Source of the DNA: Thermoanaerobaculia bacterium
GTDB taxonomy: Bacteria; Acidobacteriota; Thermoanaerobaculia; Multivoradales; Multivoraceae
Reading direction: 5' to 3'
DNA: 64,000 nt
Assembly (NCBI GenBank): GCA_963666565.1
Contig: OY762911.1
Location: 4,384,011-4,448,010, forward strand
This document shows positions 9,893-17,281 of this stretch, in pieces; position 1 is the first letter of the stretch, and each line of letters opens with the position of its first letter. Made by a program: the position numbers and the translations under genes. The notes beneath the pieces are model-generated. The model was given only the letters and a program-made list of their open reading frames with translations. It did not search any database and had not been told where the DNA came from.

Positions 9893-11472
9893 CAACGCGT
9901 CTCTGGGGTATCCGCCGTGCTCAGATAGGTCTCGACATGCCTCAAGACTCTCCTTAGCCGTGTCAGGTTCTCTTCGGTGACCGAACCAGACTCGCGCCCG
10001 TCGAACGCCTTGACCGGCAGGCCGAGGAACCACTCAGTGAAGACGCGGATCCTCGTGTTCGCACCAGTCTGCCGCCGCTCCGCGCGAGCTGCTCGCGCCA
10101 AGCTGATCGCGTTGTCGACTTCTTCCTGGCCCGCGTCCACGTCTGACTCGTCACGGGCCTTGCGGAGGAGTCCGACAGCGTCCTCGTTCTCGTATACATA
10201 CTTGAGATCCCGAATCCTCTGCCAACTCTGGAACTTGCCGTCATAGAGCAGATCGAAGACAAGATGCTTGAAGCTGTCTTCTTGGTTCAGCGACCAGTTC
10301 ACTCCACCTGCACTCTTGCCCTTGTTCAACTCGTCGAAGTACTGAAACTTGTCGGACGCCCGGTGCTTCACGGCGAACTTGTCTTTCGCGCAGTCGATGA
10401 CCTGATAGTCTTCGAACTCTCGCGCGAGTCCTACCATGTTGATGTACCGAGACACCTCATTGGTCGACAGTGCGAACTTCCTTGCGATGTCACGCCTAAT
10501 CTCCCTCTGGCGTACGACCGTCGGGTTCGCCCTAGGCTCGAGCGCCAGCAAGGCCTCCCACTGCTCATGGACCTTCTGGGCCTTTACGTACTCAGGCCAG
10601 TCCTGCTTGTAGTCGGGTTCGAAGTTCAGCGACACGATCACTGCCTCGCGATCCCGTGCGGTCGCGTGTTCCGTAAGTTGCCAGACCTTCAACCACTCCG
10701 CCCGTCGCTTCTCCTCGACGGTGAACTCACCTTTGCCGTCCTCCAGAATATGGTAACAGGCCGTAACCCTACGGTTCCCGTCCAGGAGCGTACCGTCCAA
10801 GTCGATGATTGGGGCTTTGCGAACACCGTTGACCGCTATACTCTTCGCCAGAGAACGGATGGCGAACTGATCTGCTTCGTCGATCCCTGGCAAGGGCATT
10901 GTTCCCTGCATGATCGCGACCAGCTCCTCGGCGTCCGGTCCGCGCCCGTACTTCTGGTGGAACTGATTCAGATGAATGTGGAGCCGCTCGTTCTCGTCCC
11001 AGAGTTGGATGTCCCGTGCGCGAACGAACCCTTCCTGCACAGCGACAGGACGTTCGTGGAACACGGGTTTGGGTCGCACCGGAGCAGGGTCGATCCCATC
11101 GAATGACCGCAAGTGCAGGCGCTTCGTGCCTCTTGACCCAGATCCAGGCGATGCCTTCGGTGTGGCGGGCCGGGTGAGCGCGCTAGTCGGTCGCCCGGCC
11201 CCTGTCAACCGCGCTCGCGCCTGCTCGACCTTCGCGACGAAGGCTGCAACGTCGCCATCAAGCAGCCTTGCCGTCTCGGCGTCGCCTCGTCTCACGGCGC
11301 CCTCGCGAACGACCTCCACCACCTTGGTGAGGAGGGCGCGCGCCTCATCGACCGAGAGCGGGTTCGCCAACCCCTCAAGCAGAGTGTCCTTGATCGACGG
11401 GCCAACGTCGGCGGACATGGAGTCTGCCGCATGTAGTAGCTCCGTGAGTGCCTTCTTGACTTCCTCGTTCAT
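9892..11472 (-). CDS. ParB/Srx-fold (ParB-like nuclease domain) protein, otherwise uncharacterised
   Basis: 526-aa ORF. The central segment VRARDIQLWDENERL..FAIRSLAKSIAVNGVRKAPIIDLDGTLLDGNRRVTACYHIL fits the ParB N-terminal domain pattern (G-x-x-x-P-I.. D-G-x-x-R). The remaining ~300 aa have no motif I recognise. It starts 11 nt downstream of the sigma-like gene. Confidence 0.55.
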   Translation of the reverse strand: MNEEVKKALTELLHAADSMSADVGPSIKDTLLEGLANPLSVDEARALLTKVVEVVREGAVRRGDAETARLLDGDVAAFVAKVEQARARLTGAGRPTSALTRPATPKASPGSGSRGTKRLHLRSFDGIDPAPVRPKPVFHERPVAVQEGFVRARDIQLWDENERLHIHLNQFHQKYGRGPDAEELVAIMQGTMPLPGIDEADQFAIRSLAKSIAVNGVRKAPIIDLDGTLLDGNRRVTACYHILEDGKGEFTVEEKRRAEWLKVWQLTEHATARDREAVIVSLNFEPDYKQDWPEYVKAQKVHEQWEALLALEPRANPTVVRQREIRRDIARKFALSTNEVSRYINMVGLAREFEDYQVIDCAKDKFAVKHRASDKFQYFDELNKGKSAGGVNWSLNQEDSFKHLVFDLLYDGKFQSWQRIRDLKYVYENEDAVGLLRKARDESDVDAGQEEVDNAISLARAARAERRQTGANTRIRVFTEWFLGLPVKAFDGRESGSVTEENLTRLRRVLRHVETYLSTADTPETR

Positions 11473-11483
11473 CGTTCCACCTC

Positions 11484-12164
11484 CTAGTTCGGGTCTGTGT
11501 CTGTGTCAGACAGCTCCACTAACGCCGCGACACCTTCCTGGTCTGCCAATCGGCGGAGTCGCTTCAAGCCCCGTGAGACTAGAGTCCGAGCAGCGGCAGC
11601 CGAGATGTCGAGCTGTTCAGCGATATCCGCCGCAGGTAAGTCGGGAAGCTCGTTCTCTACTGCATCGATCAGAATCTCCATCACATCGACCACCTGCCCA
11701 TAGCCAATCCTGGGAAGAAGCTCCCGGGCCATCCGTATCGCCTCCTTTCGGCGCTCCTCCCTCTTGCGACGGCGCTCTTCCGCCTCGCGTCGTGTTTCCG
11801 CTGAGTCCGGCGCTCCCGGAAGAGTCACAACATCGGCATCCTGTCGCCGAGAGTAGTCAGACCGCCACCTGTCGTCTGCGTGGTTCCTAGCCACCTTCCA
11901 CAGCCATGCACCGAGGCTACGAATCTGCCGACCCTCGAACGCTGCGGCGCAAGCAGCATCCACAGCTTGTGCTATACACTCATCTACCTCGTGTGCTGGA
12001 AGGGTATCGCCCCACTGCTTCTGCAGCCTTCGTGTCAGACCGTCGAGGTAGCGACTCACGGCCAGAGCTTCGAGCATCGTAACCGGATCGCCCCGATTGA
12101 CCGCCTCTTCCGCTTGCTCCAGCAGCAGCGCCGCGTCGTCGACTCTGGCCTTACTTGCACTCAC
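11484..12164 (-). CDS. ECF-type sigma-70-like protein
   Basis: Region-2-like IRSLGAWLWKVARNHADDRWRS. Region-4 HTH-like LPAADIAEQLDISAAAARTLVSRGLKRLRRL. The two are separated by a charged linker (AETRREAEERRRKREERRKEA). This is the first gene of the minus-strand operon. Confidence 0.55.
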   Translation of the reverse strand: MSASKARVDDAALLLEQAEEAVNRGDPVTMLEALAVSRYLDGLTRRLQKQWGDTLPAHEVDECIAQAVDAACAAAFEGRQIRSLGAWLWKVARNHADDRWRSDYSRRQDADVVTLPGAPDSAETRREAEERRRKREERRKEAIRMARELLPRIGYGQVVDVMEILIDAVENELPDLPAADIAEQLDISAAAARTLVSRGLKRLRRLADQEGVAALVELSDTDTDPN

Positions 12165-12334
12165 GCTGCACCCATCGGCACCCGAACATGCCCTGCTCGT
12201 AGTATCGCCATGTCCAATAGTCCCAGTGCGAAACAGGTCTCCTCGGCTGTCCTACCCACCATAGCCAGAGACTCCAGATCCGCAGGGCTTGGCGGGTCTT
12301 CCCGGCACACCGTAAGGCGACGGAGGGAAGAGTG

Positions 12335-13414
12335 ATGGGAATGCGAGTCCCCGCAGCCTTGACCGCCATCCTCGCCCTGCTGCTCGCCGCGCCGGCCCTG
12401 ACCGCCGAAGGCGAGATCAAGCGCGCCGCCAACGGCAAGCCGGACCTGACCGGCACCTACGACGCCGGCACCCTGACGCCGCTCCAGCGGCCCGAGAAGT
12501 ACGGCGAGAACCTCTTCCTGAGCCCGGAGGACGCGGCGAAGATCGAGGCGGACGCGGCCAAGTACGCCGCCGACCGGCACCAAGTCTCCGATCCGAACCG
12601 CAAACCGCCGCCGGTCGGCGGCGACGGGACGACGGGCGGCGCCGGCAACGTCGGCGGCTACAACCGGTTCTGGGTCGAGACCGGGACCGAGGCGTTCGCG
12701 GTCGACGGCAAGTTCCGCACCTCGATCCTCTTCGATCCTCCGAACGGACGCATCCCGGAGATGACGGAGGCCGGCCAAGCCCGGGCCGCCGAGCGCCGCC
12801 GGCTGCGGCGGCCGAACGACGGCTCCGCCTGGTGGCTCGACATCGAGGGCCACGGCCCGTACGACGGCCCGGAGACGCTGCCGGTGACGGAGCGCTGCAT
12901 CGTCGGCTTCACCGGCGCCACGCCGACCTTCCCGAGCCTCTACAACAACTTCAAGCGCGTAGTGCAGACCGAAGACCACGTCATGATCCTGATCGAGATG
13001 GTCCACGACGCCCGCATCGTGCGCCTGAACGCGGAGCATCCGAGCCCCGAGGAGCGCAAGTGGCTGGGCCACTCGATCGGCTGGTGGGAAGGCGACACCC
13101 TCGTCATCGACTCGCGGAACTTCCACCCGAAGGCCGTCCTGCGCGGCGCCACGCAGGAGTCCCACGTCACGGAGCGCCTCACGCTACAGCCGGACGGGAA
13201 CATCCTCTACCGGTTCACGATCGAGGATCCGGCGACCTGGGACGTCCCCTGGTCCGGCGAGTACATCTGGAAGCGGAGCGCCGTGGACGTCTACGAGTAC
13301 GCCTGCCACGAGGGCAACTACTCGATGGGCGGCACGCTCCGCGGCGCGCGTGTGCTCGAAGCCGACGCCATGGCCGCCGAGGCGGCGAGCACCGGCGCCG
13401 GCAGCGGCGACTGA
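12335..13414 (+). CDS. secreted protein of unknown function (YEYACHEGNY-motif family), paralog 2 of 4
   Basis: GGAGGG 12322-12327 precedes ATG 12335 (alternative ATG at 12341). By eye it differs from paralog 1 at only about 15 residues. Confidence 0.75.
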   Translation: MGMRVPAALTAILALLLAAPALTAEGEIKRAANGKPDLTGTYDAGTLTPLQRPEKYGENLFLSPEDAAKIEADAAKYAADRHQVSDPNRKPPPVGGDGTTGGAGNVGGYNRFWVETGTEAFAVDGKFRTSILFDPPNGRIPEMTEAGQARAAERRRLRRPNDGSAWWLDIEGHGPYDGPETLPVTERCIVGFTGATPTFPSLYNNFKRVVQTEDHVMILIEMVHDARIVRLNAEHPSPEERKWLGHSIGWWEGDTLVIDSRNFHPKAVLRGATQESHVTERLTLQPDGNILYRFTIEDPATWDVPWSGEYIWKRSAVDVYEYACHEGNYSMGGTLRGARVLEADAMAAEAASTGAGSGD

Positions 13415-13437
13415 TCGAAACCACGGAGGACAGAGAA

Positions 13438-14502
13438 TTGAGAATCCCCGCGGCCCTGATCGCCATCGTCCCGCTTCTGCTCGCGGCGCCCGGGGCCGGC
13501 GCCCAGGACGACATCAAGCGCATGCCCGACGGCCGGCCCGACCTGCACGGCAACTACGACGCGGCCACGCTGACGCCGCTCCAGCGGCCCGAGGAGTACG
13601 GCGAGAACCTGTTTCTCACCCCGGACGAGGCCGAGAAGATCAAGGTCGACGCGGCCAAGAGCCGGGCCGACCGCCACCAGATCAGCGACCCCGACCGCGA
13701 GCCCCCGCCGGTCGGCGGCGACGGGTCGGGCGGCGGCGCCGGCAACGTCGGCGGCTACAACTACTTCTGGCTCGACTTCGGCACCGAGGCATTCTCGGTG
13801 GACGGCAAGTTCCGCACCTCGATCATCGTCGACCCGCCGAACGGCCGCATGCCGGAGATGACCGAGCCGGCGAAGGCGAGAAGGGCGGCGCGCGACAAGC
13901 TGCGGCGGCCGAACGACGGCTCAGCCTGGTGGCTCGACATCGACGGCCCCGGCCCCTACGACGGCCCCGAGTCGCTGCCGATCACGGAACGCTGCATCGT
14001 CGGCTTCACCGGCGCCACGCCCACGCTCCCGAGCGCCTACAACAACTACAAGCGCGTGGTCCAGACCGAAGACCACGTGATGATCCTGATCGAGATGAAC
14101 CACGACGCCCGCATCGTCCGCCTGAACGACGAGCACCCGAGCCCCGAAGAGCGCAAGTGGCTCGGCGACTCGGTCGGCTGGTGGGAGGGCGACACGCTCG
14201 TCATCGACTCCGTCAACTTCCACCCGAAGGCGTTCCTGCGCGGATCGACCCAGGAGCTGCACGTCACGGAGCGCCTGACCCTCCAGCCGACCGGCGACAT
14301 CCTCTACCGGTTCACGATGGACGACCCGGCCACATGGGAAACGCCCTGGTCCGGCGAGTACATCTGGCGGAACCGCCCGGAACTCGTGTACGAGTACGCC
14401 TGCCACGAGGGGAACTACGCGATGGGCAACACCCTGCGCGGCGCGCGGATTCTGGAGGCCGACGCCGCGGCGGAGGCGGCCAGCACCGGCGGCGGCCACT
14501 AG
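13438..14502 (+). CDS. secreted protein of unknown function (YEYACHEGNY-motif family), paralog 3 of 4
   Basis: GGAGGA 13425-13430 precedes TTG 13438. Signal peptide (M)RIPAALIAIVPLLLAAPGAGAQD. It has the same conserved blocks but is more diverged. The ORF-track entry 12832-14502 is the same frame extended upstream through paralog 2. Confidence 0.7.
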   Translation: MRIPAALIAIVPLLLAAPGAGAQDDIKRMPDGRPDLHGNYDAATLTPLQRPEEYGENLFLTPDEAEKIKVDAAKSRADRHQISDPDREPPPVGGDGSGGGAGNVGGYNYFWLDFGTEAFSVDGKFRTSIIVDPPNGRMPEMTEPAKARRAARDKLRRPNDGSAWWLDIDGPGPYDGPESLPITERCIVGFTGATPTLPSAYNNYKRVVQTEDHVMILIEMNHDARIVRLNDEHPSPEERKWLGDSVGWWEGDTLVIDSVNFHPKAFLRGSTQELHVTERLTLQPTGDILYRFTMDDPATWETPWSGEYIWRNRPELVYEYACHEGNYAMGNTLRGARILEADAAAEAASTGGGH

Positions 14503-14701
14503 CGGCCCCGTCGCGGCCCGCGCGACCGTTGGCCGCACTGCCCTTTCGTTCGCTTGCATCGTCTGCCGGGCGAAGGTAGCTTCCGCGCAGATACCCGCCG
14601 GCAGCGTGCTGTCGGCTCAAGGGCTGCTCTTCGGGGCAGCCCTTGCTGTTTGGGGACTCACGCTACACTCCCGGCATCCCAGTCGAACAGGAGGACGCAG
14701 A

Positions 14702-15772
14702 ATGAGACTCCCAGTCCCCGCCGCCTTGGCCACCATGCTCGCCCTGCTGCTCGCGGCGCCCGCGCTCGCGGCCGAAGGCGAGATCAAGCGGGCCGCCAAC
14801 GGCAAGCCCGACCTGACCGGCACCTACGACGCCGCCACGCTGACGCCGCTGCAGCGGCCGGAGGAGTACGGCGAGAACCTCTACCTGACGCCGGAGGAGG
14901 CCGAGAAGATCGCGACCGACGCGGCGAAGGCCCGCGCCGACCGGCACCAGGTCTCCGACCCGAACCGCGAGGCGCCGCCGGAGGGCGGCGACGGCTCGCC
15001 AGGCGCGGCGGGCAACGTCGGCGGCTACAACAGCTTCTGGCTCGACCGCGGCACGGACACGTTCGCGGTGGACGGCAAATTCCGCACCTCGATCATCGTC
15101 GACCCGCCGAACGGCCGCATGCCGGAGACCACCGAGGCCGCCAAGGCGCGGTTCGCCGAGCGCGCCAAGCTGCGCCGCCCGAACGAGGGCGTCGCGTGGT
15201 GGCTCGAACTCGACGGCCCGGGCCCTTACGACGGCCCCGAGTCGCTGCCGATCAGCGAGCGTTGCATCCTCGGCTTCACCGGCGCCACGCCGACCTTCCC
15301 GAGCGGCTACAACAACTACAAGCGGGTCGTGCAGACCGAGGACCACATCATGATCCTGATCGAGATGGTCCACGACGCCCGGATCGTCCGCCTGAACGAC
15401 GAGCACCCGAGCCCGGAGGAGCGGCGCTGGCTGGGCGACTCGATCGGCTGGTGGGAAGGCGACACCCTCGTCATCGACTCGGTCCACTTCCGGCCCGACG
15501 GGTTCCTGCGCGGCGCGACGAAGGACCTCCACGTCACGGAGCGGCTGACGCTCCAGCCCGACGGCAACATCCTCTACCGGTTCACGATGAACGACCCGGC
15601 CACATGGGAAGCCCCGTGGTCCGGCGAGTACATCTGGAAGCGCGACCAGGAACGCGTCTACGAGTACGCCTGCCACGAGGGCAACTACTCGATGGGCGGC
15701 ACGCTCCGGGGCGCCCGGATCCTCGAAGACGACTGGCGCGCCGGAAAGGCGGCCAGCACCGGCGGCGAGTAA
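14702..15772 (+). CDS. secreted protein of unknown function (YEYACHEGNY-motif family), paralog 4 of 4
   Basis: AGGAGGA 14689-14695 precedes ATG 14702. Signal peptide MRLPVPAALATMLALLLAAPALAAEG. Same conserved blocks. Confidence 0.75.
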   Translation: MRLPVPAALATMLALLLAAPALAAEGEIKRAANGKPDLTGTYDAATLTPLQRPEEYGENLYLTPEEAEKIATDAAKARADRHQVSDPNREAPPEGGDGSPGAAGNVGGYNSFWLDRGTDTFAVDGKFRTSIIVDPPNGRMPETTEAAKARFAERAKLRRPNEGVAWWLELDGPGPYDGPESLPISERCILGFTGATPTFPSGYNNYKRVVQTEDHIMILIEMVHDARIVRLNDEHPSPEERRWLGDSIGWWEGDTLVIDSVHFRPDGFLRGATKDLHVTERLTLQPDGNILYRFTMNDPATWEAPWSGEYIWKRDQERVYEYACHEGNYSMGGTLRGARILEDDWRAGKAASTGGE

Positions 15773-15828
15773 CGACCGGTAGTTGCCGCCGGACGCGCGG
15801 GTTCGCATCGCGGCGGCAGCCGCGAGGG

Positions 15829-16230
15829 CTACGCCAGCAGCCGCTCCAGCGCTGTCGCGGCGGCCAACAAGGCACCCACCACGAGCAGCATGCGCCAGGT
15901 CAGGTCGGCGCGCAGCTTCTCCATGTCGGCGCGAATCTCGCCGCGGAACCGGCCCATCTCGCCGCGCAGTTCAGCACGCAGTTCGCCCATCTCACCGCGC
16001 AACTCGCCCATCTCGGCGCGCAGTTCGCCCATCTCGCCACGCATCTCGGCGCGCAGTTCGCTCATCTCACCGCGCAACTCGGCACGCAGCTCGGCCATCT
16101 CGCCGCGCAGTTCGGCGTGGTCCCGCGCACGCTCGGCGCGCGTCTCGCGGCGCATCGCCTCAAGCCGCACTGCCACGTCCGATTCGGTCATGAAGGAGGT
16201 ACTCACAGTCTCCGGTTCCGTTGCTGTCAT
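15829..16230 (-). CDS. tail-anchored coiled-coil protein with ELRG/ELRA/EMRG micro-repeats
   Basis: GGAGA plus a 6-nt spacer precedes ATG 16230. The sequence is MTATEPETVSTSFMTESDVAVRLEAMRRETRAERARDHAELRGEMAELRAELRGEMSELRAEMRGEMGELRAEMGELRGEMGELRAELRGEMGRFRGEIRADMEKLRADLTWRMLLVVGALLAAATALERLLA. It has a C-terminal hydrophobic anchor. The plus-strand ORF 15890-16453 is its antisense shadow. Confidence 0.55.
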   Translation of the reverse strand: MTATEPETVSTSFMTESDVAVRLEAMRRETRAERARDHAELRGEMAELRAELRGEMSELRAEMRGEMGELRAEMGELRGEMGELRAELRGEMGRFRGEIRADMEKLRADLTWRMLLVVGALLAAATALERLLA

Positions 16231-16412
16231 CGCGTTTCTCCAGTCGGTGATCGCCCCGCACAGGGAAACCGCAGCAACGGGACGATGGTACATGAGACGC
16301 CGGCCGCACGGTGTCGCGCGGACCGTCGCGAGCCGCACATCTCGGCTCTCTAGACCAAGACGGATTCCGGCCGCGTCTCCCGGCGCCGAAGCGCCGGCGC
16401 CTTCGGCCGCGC

Positions 16413-17273
16413 TTACTCCAGACGGCGGTTGGGGCCGACCGCGATCTCGGTGATGTGGAGGCTCAGGCCCTCGCCGGCGCTCAGGCCGACGACGCCGTCG
16501 AGATGCAGGTCTTCCGACGGGAACTCGGCGACAGACTCTCCGCCGACGTAGAAGATCGTCCGTTCGCCCCGGACGTCGACCTCCAGCACGTTCTCGGCGG
16601 GCGACGTGGCCGGCTCGTCGAGCACGGCGACGGCGTCGTGAACGGTCCACGGCGCGAGTTCCCGCACTTCCCCGCCGACATGACGGGCCAGGCGGAAGCG
16701 GCCGGCGTTGTCCATCACGAACGAGACGTACTCGGGCGTCGGCCCCTCCAGGTCGCGGCCGCCGAGGAACAGGCCGTAGGCAGTGTCGAGCCGCGTCGAG
16801 CCGGATCGTTCCGGGTCGCCCTTCGGGAACAGGTAGATCGTGCTCTTGACGGCGTAGTTGCCCGACGCGAAGCTGCCCGGGTCCCACAGCAGACCGGCGG
16901 CGCCGGCGTAAACGTGCCAGCCGGGCCGCATGACGACGAAGCTCCGCTCGGCCGCTTCGCCGGCGCCGTCGTAGCGGACCTTCCAGTGCTCCGGACGTTC
17001 CAGGTTGTGGCCCGACTGGGCCGACACGGTTGCCGAAACCGCCATCGCGGCAACCATCGCGACGACAGCAGCGCACCATCTCCTTCGCCGTGCCGGTCTG
17101 GCGACCGGCGCGCTTTTCCGGCCGCCTCCGGCGGCAGCGGGTCGGAAGACCCGCGCACCGACAATGCGGCCAGTTTCCAACGCGACAGCGCAATGGACGC
17201 CCGCCGCGTTCTCTCGCATGCCAAGCCTCCCGCGCAAAGAGGCCAGCCGCCGCACGCTCTGAAGTCGAACCAT
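16413..17273 (-). CDS. secreted concanavalin/DUF1080-like protein (start uncertain: ATG 17273 or ATG 17057)
   Basis: The mature part HWKVRYDG..FVVMRPGWHVYAG..GNYAVKSTIYLFPKG..LEVDVRGERTIFYVGG looks like a lectin-fold secreted protein. The signal-like core RRRRWCAAVVAMVAAMAVSATVSAQS has no canonical start just upstream except ATG 17057 inside it. AGGAG plus a 5-nt spacer plus ATG 17273 is in frame and reads through REP 17120-17159. Confidence 0.5.
   Translation of the reverse strand: MVRLQSVRRLASLRGRLGMRENAAGVHCAVALETGRIVGARVFRPAAAGGGRKSAPVARPARRRRWCAAVVAMVAAMAVSATVSAQSGHNLERPEHWKVRYDGAGEAAERSFVVMRPGWHVYAGAAGLLWDPGSFASGNYAVKSTIYLFPKGDPERSGSTRLDTAYGLFLGGRDLEGPTPEYVSFVMDNAGRFRLARHVGGEVRELAPWTVHDAVAVLDEPATSPAENVLEVDVRGERTIFYVGGESVAEFPSEDLHLDGVVGLSAGEGLSLHITEIAVGPNRRLE
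17120..17159. repeat. REP element, full double-hairpin form
   Basis: ggccgcctccggcggcagcgggtcggaagacccgcgcacc. Hairpin 1 is GCCGCC-loop-GGCGGC. Hairpin 2 is GCGGGTC-GGAA-GACCCGC. Confidence 0.85.
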
Positions 17274-17281
17274 GAACACTC

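Noticed and set aside
6150-12164. Assignment of the MTase/SNF2 cassette to DISARM, BREX, Dnd/Ssp or Dpd.
   Set aside because: Hallmark genes as I recall them are absent from the cassette and its flanks: DUF1998 and PLD for DISARM, PglZ/BrxC for BREX, DndACDE/SspBCD, and TGT-like DpdA. The resemblance is limited to sharing a methyltransferase, an SNF2 helicase or a ParB-like fold.
15890-16453. Plus-strand ORF encoding a Ser/Pro/Arg-rich periodic protein (..ISPRNSPISARSSPISPR..).
   Set aside because: It is the antisense reading of the ELRG/EMRG repeat gene. The minus-strand frame has an SD, an ATG, a coiled-coil composition and a C-terminal membrane anchor.
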